Positions 12,623 to 24,430 of a DNA stretch of 64,000 nucleotides are shown in pieces; the stretch's first letter is position 1, and each line of letters opens with the position of its first letter. The stretch lies in assembly GCA_951406725.2 (NCBI GenBank), contig OX597822.1, positions 40,982,001 to 41,046,000 on the forward strand, read 5' to 3'. The stretch is from Octopus vulgaris (Eukaryota). The notes beneath the pieces were generated by a model, which made no database searches, was not told where the DNA came from, and saw only the letters and a list, made by a program, of their open reading frames with translations. The position numbers and the translations under genes were made by a program.

Positions 12623-13339
12623 GTGTCTGTGTACAAAAGAACATATAGTTTGATTGACAGGCAGACAGGCAGGAAGACAGACAGAATTACAAGTGCTTAA
12701 CTGTGTTTTGTATACAGCGCAATAAATACTACAGAATATATTTACAGATTTTAACCGATATATGATGTAGAGACAAACATAAACACAATGTCTTTACTTA
12801 CATATCTATTGACAGGGAAAAAATAACAAAAACGATGCCACTGGGCTAGTTTCAATGCTGCGCTAGGTTTTCGTCAGAAATGAAGTTACTGTGATCTCCT
12901 CAGTTTATGAACTCAATGTTAAAGGGAGCTTAAATATACTCGATCTTCAAAGTGGGAAGTTACTTAATGATAAATTCCCAGTACAAAATTCAAACCAGCC
13001 ATATTGAGCAAACGTGTTTCCGTGCACAACATTATACCTGTCCATACATACAAAGTTAGCTATGCAAATATATTTTGTAGAACAGTATAGTATTAAAACG
13101 AAAAACCATGATAATCAAACAACAGTTAATCAATAGGACTAATGCACATACCCCTACACACACACACAAGACTAGTTTCCGCACAGTTTCCACTCTAAAG
13201 TACTAGTGAACCCTCGTTCTATACTTGAGGACTCTTACCCTAGGAACCACACAAAGAAAAAGAACCCCAAAGAGGAAGGGTATCAAGCGAATGTTTTAAG
13301 TTTATAACCATGTCTGTGCCGATACATGCACGTACATAC

Positions 13340-13693
13340 ATGCGTAGCCGTATTTCGTCTGCCGTTACGTTATGAGTTCAAATTCCGCCGAGGTTGACTT
13401 TGCCTTTCATACTTTCGGAGTCGATTAAATAAGTACCAGTTACACACTGGGGCTCGATATAATCGACTTAATCCGTTTCTCTGTCCTTGTTTGTCCTCTC
13501 TGTGTTTAGCCCCTTGTGGGCAGTAAAGGAATAGGTATTTCGTCTGTCTTTACGTTCTGAGTTCAAATTCCACCGAGGTCGACTTTACCTTTCTTCCTTT
13601 CGCGGTCGATAAATTAAGTACCAGTTGCGTACTGGGTCGATCTAATCGACTGGCCCCTCAAAAATTTCGGGCCTTGTACCTAGAGTAGAAAAG
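13340..13693 (+). mobile_element. SINE family B (Nin/Deu-like domain), head-to-tail dimer
   Basis: GAGTTCAAATTCC B box plus GCCTTTCATCCTTTCGGGGTCGAT...AAGTACCAG-like domain occur twice, with two different tails. Confidence 0.85.
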
Positions 13694-13758
13694 TATACTT
13701 TGTTGTGTTGGTCTATACTTGTATATAACTATATATATACCATTTATATGTTTGTACC

Positions 13759-13804
<46 letters not shown>

Positions 13805-14078
13805 TTAATCATTTCTATACATACAAATACAGACCTGTGTCTTTCTACATATACAATTATATCGCGTCCTCTTCATATATCAATATTTGTATATCTACAC
13901 TCGTACACTATAAAAACACATTAAATAAACGCATTAGCAAGAACACACACACACCACACACCGCATTAAATACAACCACGAATGACTATTAGCAAAGCAC
14001 GCACCCACCCACACACACCACCCATCGCTCTCCACATCAGGCTTACAACACACCAGCCCCATCATCTCCTCCACTCTC

Positions 14079-14121
<43 letters not shown>

Positions 14122-14559
14122 CAGGCAGACGATCTCTCTTGACTTTTGTTCCAAGATTAAAGTGGCAGATCGGAGTGATGCATAGTAGGGAAGAGGGAAG
14201 CGGGTGGCGGAGGCGGCGGTGGTGGCGGATGGAAAAGCGGGTAGTAAGCATTAAGTAGACGGATAATAAGGGAGCCATCGGTGGTAGTGACGGTGGGTAT
14301 TAGCGTTTAAGATTTCATGAGAACCAACATTTGAGTACACATGGTGGCATTACGTATGTCTGTCTGTCTGTCTCTTTCTCTGTCTCTCTCTTTCTCTCTC
14401 ACACACACACACACCTGTATATCTTGGTTGTCTCCAAGTGTGCCGCTAAAAATGAGTGCCAATGCATATGCACATTGTGTGTGTGTGTTTGTGTACACAC
14501 ATACCTACGCTTATATAAGTGTGTGCGTGTGAGTATTCGTATGTTTATATATATATATA

Positions 14560-14610
<51 letters not shown>

Positions 14611-14633
14611 ATTCGTATGTTTATGTATGTATG

Positions 14634-14669
<36 letters not shown>

Positions 14670-14920
14670 TCATGGTATATTCCATTGACAACGGCAGAAT
14701 ATATTTTGATACAAAATCAGAAACCCAGGGTCTGGAATTATCTAATTTTTACTAGTTTATCTATTTGTCCTTTTCACCCTGTGCTGTATTGAATACTTTT
14801 TGTGGTTTTAGAGCCAGGTTTTGACTCCCATTTCAAGCATGGTGGTATCTCTAAGATACCCTTATTTATAATTTTGATAATAATTCTAACAAATAAGGTT
14901 TTTCTTAACGATCTTATCCT

Positions 14921-14950
<30 letters not shown>

Positions 14951-14951
<1 letters not shown>

Positions 14952-15485
14952 GCAGGCGTGGCTGTATGGTAAGGAGTCTGCTTCCTAACCACGTAGTTCC
15001 GGGTTCAACCCCACTGCGCAGCACTTTGCGAGAGTGCCTTTTTACTATAGCTCCAGGCCGACCAAAGCCTTGTGAGTCGCGGAAACAGGCACAAGGCCGT
15101 CGTACATATAAACACGCGCGTGTGTGTGTGTGTGTCTGTGTGTCTGACTCCTGTTTGTGGTTATTGCAAAAGCAGTTCTTAAAAGGAATTCGTTGTTTCT
15201 TTCAGATGAGGGATGGAAGGCAAAGTGACTTGGGGTTTTTCCATCTTTCTGAGCGATACTTCATATCCAGCAATCATTTTCAACTGGTTGACAATCATTG
15301 TTGGTCATTGGTTCTATTTAGGAGACACTACGTTGAACTCTTAAGATGGATGGATGGGCGCAGGCGTGGCTGTGTGGTAAGAAGTCTGCTTCCCAACAAC
15401 GTGATTCCAGGTTCATTTCCACTGCGTGGCATCTTGGACAAGTGCCTTCTACTATGGATTTAGTAGACGGAAACTGAAAGAAGGT
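14951..15485 (+). mobile_element. Two SINE family A left-arm fragments (14951-15077, 15357-15485)
   Basis: GCAGGCGTGGCTGT.TGGTAAG...CCACTGCG heads. Confidence 0.75.
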
Positions 15486-16695
15486 CATGTTGTATACGAG
15501 CATGTGTGCCTCTGATCATTGGTTTCGCACCTATAAAATGTTTAGCAGTATGGGCAACTCGTCAGACTAAAAAAAAAACTCACAAGAGACCCTTTTTTTT
15601 TCTATCTGACATGTTGCCTATACCGCTGCTAAGCACTTTATAGGTCACTCTATGACCGGCCATAACTTATAACTTTGTGTGTGTGTGTGTGTGTGCGTGT
15701 AGGTAGGTATAGTAGTAGTACACATTCACATCGGCAGATAACAATGTATACTCAAAGCAAAATCAAAAATAATATAAAAAGAAATTTATCCTCCTCCCCT
15801 TCTCAAATACAACCTTCTTTAAAAATCACACGAACTATCCCAGTTATAAGAAAGAATGCATATGTCAATCATAATAATAATAATAATAATAATAATGATG
15901 ATGATAATAATAATGACTCCGACACTGAACACAGCATTTATCACACCTAACCACAACAGACTATCTTACATAAACAGCTGCAATGAAATACTTCCTCATT
16001 ATATCACAAGCTAACAAGTAAGTCACAAAACATGCTTCACACAACCAAGGTTGTATTCAAATTTCAATGTAGACACGTTGTACACCACAGAACTCGGGCA
16101 AACTACAGCGGATACACTGGCGTGAAGTTTTCTCATCGGATGACCATGGGGCAGTTGATTCAAAGAAAATGGGGCGATGTGCATAAAAAAAGTACAAAAA
16201 AAATAATAAGTGAATTAGGTTAAATTTCATTTTGTGAAATACTGTTGCTTTGAATTTGTTGCAGAATATGGTCGATGTCTGAAACGGTGAGTGGGGGAGG
16301 GCACTAGGAATGTGGCCTTAGAACCAAGGCCACTAATCTACACCAAGGTGACATTCATTGCACCATATTAAGTCTTTCAGAGGCGAGATAGATAGGCAAA
16401 AAAAAAAAAAACTCTAGAAGGGGAAAAATTTGTAATCTTTTTTTTTTTTTTTTGTCGACTGACCTTTGACACAAAATGGATTCAACTGAAAAAATATTCC
16501 GTTTGTGTCGCAGAAATTGTTGCCAAATGTAAGGGTAGCTTCTGATTGACTGATAGATGAAGTGGTACGTTTTCCGTGCAACCGACCATGCAGCGAAAAG
16601 AATTTTGAGTTTCGGTACGAATTATGTACCACCGCTCATTAAACGGATACAAACAAGTGGTACTTTATTTGTACCATCCAGCTTGAAGAAAGAGT

Positions 16696-17564
16696 GGATC
16701 TTTTCAATTCTGAAGCCAGTTTTTTTCAAATTTTTCCTACTGAACCAAACAATTTGAAACTTCGTATACTGGTAGAATGTGTCAAAAGTAAACTTAATTG
16801 TAAACCAGAATGAAAACGGAATTGTAACTTCTAAGTTTAACGTTGTTTAATAATTAGAATTTTAACCAATGATATTCCGTCATTCGGCTTTATTTTATTT
16901 AATCCGTCTCGACCACCAATTTGGTGACGTATTAAACATCTTAAATGTAAACAAGCCGCATGTCTCCGTGAAATCTCCTTCTAATTATTTAACGTACTCA
17001 TGTTTCCAGGATCCTATAGTCAGCCACCTTCTAATAACAATATTTAAAACTAGTTAATAAGCCACATGTATTAAATTGAAAATGTTTCCATTCTGTTAGT
17101 ACTTGCTTTCGTTTGCTATTAAGAAGTGGCATCTCAGTGACGAGGCTTCTAACAAGATTTCGTTTCTAAGCTAATGCGTTTCATTTCACTTATTGTATTT
17201 ATTTGTGCAAAAGGCAAGAAATTTAATATTAAAAAAGCAAAGAGCTGGCAGAAACGTTAGCACGCCGGGCGAAATGCGTAGCCGTATTTCGTCTTGTGTT
17301 TGTTTACAGTTTTCCGAACGTTAGTACGTCACAAAAGCGCTTTCTACGTCACACTAATAGAATGCAGTCAAGTTTTACACATGAAAACAAACAATCTGAT
17401 TGGTTAAAATTCGCAGTTTTAATCTACGATTAAAGTCATAAAATAGATTTTTCTCAAGTTCCAACCTGTGTCTTGTTTTGCTAGACTCTATCAGCATACG
17501 AAGTTTCAGAATATTTAGTTAAGTAGAAAGATCTGTGGTCCTGGCTTCAGAATTGAAAAGATCC
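16696..17564. mobile_element. Non-autonomous DNA transposon, Merlin-like
   Basis: Perfect 24-bp TIR GGATCTTTTCAATTCTGAAGCCAG, extending imperfectly to ~85 bp. 8-bp TSD GAAAGAGT/GAAAAAGT (7/8). A SINE-B head fragment is inserted at ~17240-17295. Confidence 0.8.
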
Positions 17565-17816
17565 GAAAAAGTTAAAACAGAACACGAAATATATTTAGCA
17601 AAAAAAAAAAAAAAAAAAAAAAGAGGAAAAAAAAGAAAGAAAATATTAGTTGATAATAACTATCCAATATTGTAGCAATCCCTGACCCCCTTTTTTGTAT
17701 GCACCATGGTCCGATTTCATGCAAGACAATTTTTCCACACGCGCATAACGAAACACAACTAAGTGCTTAATATTTAACTATTACACACACGCACGCACAC
17801 ATTCACAACACATGTG

Positions 17817-18090
17817 AAGGCGCGTGGCATAGTAGTTAGGCTGTTGCACTCACGATTGCTAGATCGTGGGTTCGATTCCCTGACCGGGCGGTGCGTTGTG
17901 TTCTTGAGCAAAACACTTCATTTCACATTGCTTCACCCTGCCCCATCCCTTTCGGTCAAGGGTGAGTGCTTGCCTGCTCGCCTACCCAGCGGAGTGGCGT
18001 CATTTGATGCTTAAAACAATGCAAAGCGCGTTGTGACCAACGATGATGAGTAACAGCATCCGATAGTCTAGACGGTCACGTGATCACGTG
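17817..18090 (+). mobile_element. SINE family D
   Basis: GGCGCGTGGCATAGTAGTTAG...GGTTCGATTCCC...TTCTTGAGCAAAACACTTCATTTCAC; tail CACGTGATCACGTGA. Confidence 0.78.
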
Positions 18091-18099
18091 ACGTGATAT

Positions 18100-18143
<44 letters not shown>

Positions 18144-18264
18144 ACACATATGATACAAAAACACCCTGCAGACTGCAATGGTCAATAAAGCAGAAATGAA
18201 ACATTTTTGTTCTGTGCGGCCCGAGAGCAAATGATCCACAGCCAATCTAAGATTTTTTTTCTAT

Positions 18265-18623
18265 CTTTCACTGATTTTAGTCATTGGACTGTGGCCACGC
18301 TAGGTCATCGCCTGGCTGAGTTTAGTCGCACAAATCAACCCTTGTACTTGTTCTATCACTCTTTTTTTTTTTACTGAAACGTTAAGGGGGTGTAACCAAA
18401 CCAGCACTGGTTGTTGAGCGAGGATAGCAAACACACACATACATATATACTCTCCCCTCTCTCTCGGTACACACCCATACCCCCCCCCCCCCCGCACTCA
18501 CTCTCTCACTCGATACACACATCCACTCCAAGCCCCCCCCCCCACACACACACGCACTATCTATACACACACATACACTTTCCCCTCTCTCTCTCTCTCT
18601 CAATACACACACACACACTCTCG

Positions 18624-18664
<41 letters not shown>

Positions 18665-18870
18665 GCTCTCTCCCTCTTTCGATACACACACACGCACGAT
18701 GGGCTACCACATAGGTTTCCACCTACCAAATTCATTCACAAGGCATTGGACATTGGTCAGTTCAGCCCAGGGCAGTAATAGATAACACTTGCCCAAGGTA
18801 CCGTGTGGTAAGAGTGAACTCGAAATCATGCAAATGCAAAGCAAGCTTCCTAACCACACATACCTGCGAC
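18265..18870 (-). mobile_element. SINE family A with expanded internal CA/CT microsatellite
   Basis: Right arm 18265-18430, left arm 18695-18870. Confidence 0.7.
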
Positions 18871-19621
18871 TATGAAAAAAAAAGAATTTTTTTTTCTTTT
18901 CCTACCCCACGAGCAATATAGGACAATCCTAAGGTTCCAATACAAGGGTTGTGGTGCAAGTGAAAGAAAAGTCCAGTTTTCGATGTTGCGCAGGAGCTAA
19001 TAGTAAATTCTTCATCACAACTGAAACGTATATGACCCAGTTAAAAGGTATTTATTTTTCTGAAATCATGTCTATCAGGGTTAATACCACGTTAATTCTT
19101 TTCGTTTTAAAGAATTCTAAAATTATTCAACATTTGACGGGGAGTAGGTCACATCTGAGATGACAATCGGGGCCCACCGAACCGAAATTCCTCCAAATAT
19201 TTTTCATCCTTTCCTTCCGGTAACCTTGGCAACATTTAGACTTTCAGCTGACGTTTCAATCAAAGTATTACTTACTAAGGATTTCAGAAAAAGGAACAAC
19301 TTTTTATACGTAAAAATGCTCCGTTATACAATCAGAGCAAAGAGAGAGCCTCTCTATACAGTAATTCGATCGGCTAGAAATAGCAGCCAAACATCCTGCA
19401 AAATCCCAACTTACTGTGTACATAAGGAAAGAATACGAGATAGCGTTGGAATGCTTTTGATTATAAGTCTGCGAGATCAATACCGACCTGGAACCAAACA
19501 ACAATATACTTTTACATTATTTACATTTGACGGATATTTGTCCTCATCTTTGTTGTTAACACAACGTTTCGGCTGATATAGCCTCTAGCCTTCATCGGGT
19601 GTCTTGGGGAAATATGCCCAT

Positions 19622-19694
19622 GGGCATACGGCGTAGTGGTTAAGAGCGCTTGCTACTAAACCCAAGATTCCGAGTTCGATTCTAAGTCGTGACC
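19622..19694 (+). promoter_or_regulatory. tRNA-derived Pol III internal promoter (pseudo-tRNA)
   Basis: A box CGGCGTAGTGGTTAAG and B box GAGTTCGATTC at tRNA spacing. Acceptor and anticodon stems are degenerate, so this is not a functional tRNA. Confidence 0.75.
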
Positions 19695-19756
19695 TGAATA
19701 ACAACAACAACGAAAAATACCTTAGGAATGAGAACCCAGGTTCGAAATTTCCCCAA

Positions 19757-19802
19757 GGCACCTGATGAAGGCTGGAGGGTATATCAGCTGAAACGTTGTG
19801 TT
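19757..19802 (+). ncRNA. Minimal type I hammerhead ribozyme
   Basis: GGCAC-CUGAUGA-A-GGCUG-(10 nt)-CAGCU-GAAA-CG-UU-GUGUU, with palindromic AACGUU stem III. The inverted copy at ~19558-19603 (-) has CCGAUGA (U4C). Confidence 0.8.
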
Positions 19803-19940
19803 AACAACAAACAAGATGAGTACAAATATCCGTCAATTGTAAATAATGTACATAATTCCTCATCTCTTAAATATAAAACTGTAATATACTCTTAAGAGAT
19901 CAGTTCTGTCAATCCTTGGCCAAGTGACATTAATCTTGAG

Positions 19941-20124
19941 CCTCTTCACCGCCCTCCTCCAATTGCCATACGCGGCACACTTCTCCCTACTCTGTTACAA
20001 GTTCTCTAACAACTGCGGAGTAGTGGAGGAGAGATGGGGCCAGGTAACGACAAGTGTACAGCGTAAGGAGGAGGGAACCAGAGGCAGAGTTGAGAAAAGT
20101 GTGCCGTGTAGGGTTGTGAAGGGG
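19941..20124. repeat. Imperfect fold-back (26-bp plus 14-bp stems)
   Basis: 19969-19994 pairs with 20085-20110 (23/26 including GU); 19941-19954 pairs with 20111-20124 (13/14 including GU). Confidence 0.75.
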
Positions 20125-21105
20125 AACCAGTAGGAACATGTGTGCGATTCCCTGAAGAAACTAACGACACAGGAGAAACTTATGCAGTACTTTGAAGTGT
20201 TGGATTCAGCTGTTGTGAGTCCTGAGTTCTCTTTGATACTCACACCAATGCTATATAATCATCGCCTTGGTCGAACTCTACTGTTTGTTGGGCACAGACT
20301 CCAGTTCTGATCACAGCTGGTGTATAATGACTGATAAAGCGTAATCTAGTCGTTACGTCGCAACACTCGTGGACATCGACTCCAACCCGAGAGCACAGTG
20401 TGTCTTTCATTGGAGTTTTAACTACGAACACAGACGATATACACCATCAATTGCTGCCGCCGCTGCTGCTGCTGCTGGCGGCGGCGGTGGCAAACATCTT
20501 CCTCAATAGTGACGGAGGAAACTCTCCAACAGTTTATCAAGAAATCAAATCTGTGTTTGAAAGAAAACATTCTTAACCTCCTTTTTAACTACCGTATTAG
20601 ACAGGCGTGTCTCAACATTTTTATAAATACTATAAACTAATTAAAAAGGCATGAATCATAAGGTTACCATAACTAATTAGGCAGCTGTACTGTCACAATA
20701 TTGTCAATACTGTTACTATAATTAGACAGGTGTGTGACATCACATACTTGCTATACTAATTAGATAGGTGTACTGTCACCAGATTCTTACTATATGACTA
20801 GACACGTGTGTATCATAACATTGTTACTTTAACTAATCAGAAAGGTGAATCACAAAAGTTACGATATCGTCACTGAGGCTAATTTTATCTTATTACTGAG
20901 TGGGGTTGATGGCGGAATCGTTAGCGCATCGGATAAAGTGCTTTGCGATATTTGTTCCGGTTCTATCTGATTTTAAGCCCAGATCCTGCCGAAATCAATT
21001 TTGCTTTTCATCTGTCCAGTCAAATACTGCTGGGATCGACTTAATCCCATTCCCCGCCCCCTCTTCACAATTATTATTATCATTATTATTAATAATAATA
21101 ATAAA

Positions 21106-21540
21106 TGCCCTGATGCAGTACCAGGCAGTGGCTCTCATGGCTTCTGATCTTAAATGATTGGAAGTGTCATCATGTACATAAAGATGGGCTACCGCTTGAC
21201 CATAACCAGTTGAGCATGTCCCTTGGTGGCTGATATGTGCCACGAGTAGAAGTAATGGGGAGCATCATAGCCATGTGTTGAGAGGAATTCTTTGGAGTTT
21301 GGATAATTTACCCTTGGAAACATGGGTGTTTCGTTCATCATCAGAAAATTCAAACTGAGCCCCACCTGCAAGATCATGCGCTGTTTATCTTGATATGAGA
21401 TCACCATGTCGCGCACATATGGTTGTGATGCATGTACCTGGTGTGTACCCTTATCAGGCGGGTAGTCATAATGGGTATGCTGGGCTTCGTATAGTTTACC
21501 CCAGCATCACTTTGCTAGCATGCACTGCTCTCTCACTCAA
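21106..21540. mobile_element. Non-coding interspersed repeat (family E) embedded in (TAA)n
   Basis: A second copy in opposite orientation lies at 47250-47415; both copies are bounded by TAA/TTA microsatellites. Confidence 0.7.
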
Positions 21541-21553
21541 CAACAACAACAAC

Positions 21554-21619
<66 letters not shown>

Positions 21620-22282
21620 TTTGTCACAAGGACAGCAATTTTGGCGGAGGGGCTGAGTCGATTACATCGACCCCAGTGTTCAACTGGTACTTATTTTATC
21701 GACCCTGAAAAGTTGAAAGACAAAGTCGACCCCCATCGGAATAATAATCTCTTCTACAATAGGCACAAGGCTTGAAATTTTGGAGGAGGAGACAGTCGAT
21801 TATATCAACCCCAGTGCTCAAATGGCACTTATTTCACCGACCCCGAGGGAATAATAATAATAATAATAATAATAATCCTTTCTACGATAGGAACAGGGCC
21901 TGAAATTTGGGGGAAGAGGGACAGTCGATTACATAGACCCTAGTGTTTCAATGGTACTTATTTCATCGACCCCGAAAGGCTGAAAGGCAAAGTCGACCTC
22001 GGCGAAATTTGAACTCAGACGAAATACCGCGAAGCACGTCCAGCGTGCCAACGATTCTGCCATATAATAATAATAATCCTTTCTATAATAGGCACAAGGC
22101 CTGAAATTTGCGGAGAGAGGGTAAACTGATTATATCGACCCCAGTGCGTAACTGGTACTTAATTTATCGACCCCGAAAGGGATGAAAGGCAAAGTCGACC
22201 TCGGCGAAATTTGAACTCAGAACGTAACGGCAGACAAAATACCGCTAAGCATTTCGCCCCGGCGTGCTAACGATTGTGCCAA
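21620..22282 (-). mobile_element. Stack of four SINE family B copies separated by (TAA)n tails
   Basis: Repeated TCGATTACATCGACCCCAGTG...GGTACTTATTT.ATCGACCCCGA units; three are preceded by AATAATAATC(C)TTTCTA-like tails. Confidence 0.85.
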
Positions 22283-22827
22283 ATAATAATAATAATGATA
22301 ATAATAATAATAATAAAGAATTAGTAGTGTACCGGAGAAGAACATACATAGAGCCATACCACTTATGTTGACAAACACACACACACACACAAACACTTTC
22401 ATAAAGACATACGCATTTTATACACACACATTCATATGTACGCATACATACTTGTGTATGTGTAGTAAAAATCACACACACACACCTTATAGCAAATATA
22501 CATGAATAAACTACATACAACCATGGCTATTACAGACGAACAGACACATACATAGACACGTACAAACTACATATAAATGTATAATAACGACAACACAAGA
22601 GCAAACTTACTAAATAAACATAGTATTAAGTCTGTAATCTCAAACTACAACCAGTTTCACCATTAACATACCTCCCCCTCCTTCTTCTTCAGTCGTCAGC
22701 CTCCGCCACACCGCATTACACCACTTATACAAACAACATACAGTTTTTACACATGTATAAATATTTATACGGTTTAGGGGGAGGGGACAAACTCCACCTA
22801 CTACTGCCACCATACACACACATACAC

Positions 22828-22872
<45 letters not shown>

Positions 22873-23046
22873 TTCTCCTAAACACTCCCGTGCTATTAAC
22901 ACATGCGTGCGTACACACAAACACACAGACGTACGTACAACACTGTACTCTCATAAATATATCGTAGAATTGCTTATCTTTTATGAAACAAATTTAATTT
23001 TTTTTTTTCGCTGTTCCAACTTGGTTACTCTGCTGCCTTTACGTCA

Positions 23047-23191
23047 CCGTATTCGAACGTGTATAAGGAACCCTTTTTTTGTCACGAATTAGTTTTTAAA
23101 AATATGGGAGTTTCATAATCCCTTACAAAACCCTTTTTCCAAATCTTAAACCTCAAAAATTAGGGGATTCCTTATACATGTTAAAATACGG
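23047..23191. mobile_element. pogo/Tigger-like MITE (same family as 140-300)
   Basis: CCGTATT..AACGTGTATAAGGAA ... TTCCTTATACATGTTAAAATACGG|TA. Confidence 0.75.
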
Positions 23192-24164
23192 TAAGTACTG
23201 CTGCCATTAATACTAACCCTGCTACCAACCACCCAATGGACACCTTCTGGTGTCTTCGACTGTTGATTTCTTTTCTATACAGGAGCTGCATGTAGGCCCA
23301 TCCTTGGATGATTTTATAATGGACTATTACATAAGGCGATCCTTCGATATTGGCTTACAGAGTGTTTCAGACAAGCCTCTTTGTCTACGTCACGAGGGAA
23401 GGTGGTGGGTGAATGGCGTCATGTACAAATAACGAAAGACTGCCTCATTTTTTTCCTAATAGAAGTCGCTGGCCTTTCATTCAACACCTTCACTATTTCT
23501 GGGCTGGCTTGACACGACTTTTCCCATAGTGCCATGTAACCGATTCAAAGAGGCAGAGATAGATGGGTGGAGAGAGAGTGCAGGAGGGAGACAGAGTAAG
23601 AGAAAATTAGCGATTTCAAAAAGATGGGAGGCAAAAAGGACCTCGATGGGATTTGAATTCAAAAGCATAGAGGGCCGGGACAAATGCCGCATAGAATTCT
23701 ATCCGACGCTCTGTCCACTTTGCAAATTCACCAACATTTGTAATCCGGACCTAACTCTTAAAATCGCTCCCGACAATTGAATGTTTTATTGGGGAAGTTT
23801 TAAACAGTATGTTCCATATTTTAGAATTTCCAAAAAGTCGAACACACACACATACACACAGAGCATGTGTTAAAAGAAATGAAAACCAGATCTGAGAACA
23901 GAACCGTTATTTTCCATGAATACTTTAGAAATAAGAGAAGAAAAACATTTGTAAATTCATTGTAATTATAATTTTGTTCTGTTTTTACTCCTTCTTTTGG
24001 AATATTTTGCTCAAAATGCTTAGGCTAGTTAATACAGTTTGGCCGTCCTTCCTGATCAGCATCGCACATCGATTGAGCGAACAAATTAACCACAGGAAGG
24101 CGAAACTAATCTGGACGGCATTTGAACGATCTTCGCCGCAGAAAATATCGTATCGTATTTTATA

Positions 24165-24430
24165 TCTTTTCTACTCTAGGCACAAGGCCCGAAAGTTTGG
24201 GGGAGGGGACCAGTTGATTAGATCGACCCCAGTACGTATCTGGTACTTAATTTATCAACCCCGAAAGGATGAAAGGTCTAGCCACAAGGCCCGAAAGTTT
24301 GGGGGAGGGGACCAGTCGATTAGATCGACCCCAGTACGTAACTGGTACTTAATTTATCGACTCCGAAAGGATGAAAGGCAAAGTCAACCTCGGCGGAATT
24401 TGAACTCAGAACGTAAAGACAGACGAAAAC
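24165..24430 (-). mobile_element. SINE family B with ~100 bp internal tandem duplication
   Basis: CACAAGGCCCGAAAGTTTGGGGGAGGGGACCAG...CCGAAAGGATGAAAGG occurs twice. Confidence 0.85.

Larger units (their letters stand above)
19511..19882 (+). mobile_element. Non-autonomous tRNA-headed hammerhead element with inverted pseudo-LTR arms
   Basis: ~100 bp inverted arms (19513-19613 / 19747-19850); tRNA-like head between them (19622-19694); AATATACT direct repeats at 19503-19510 and 19883-19890. Confidence 0.8.

Noticed and set aside
19622-19694. Functional tRNA gene (also SINE heads at 10941 and 17817)
   Set aside because: Acceptor, anticodon and T stems do not pair properly; these are element heads.
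21325-21346. Minus-strand CTGATGA..GAAAC within family E
   Set aside because: No stem II between the core segments.
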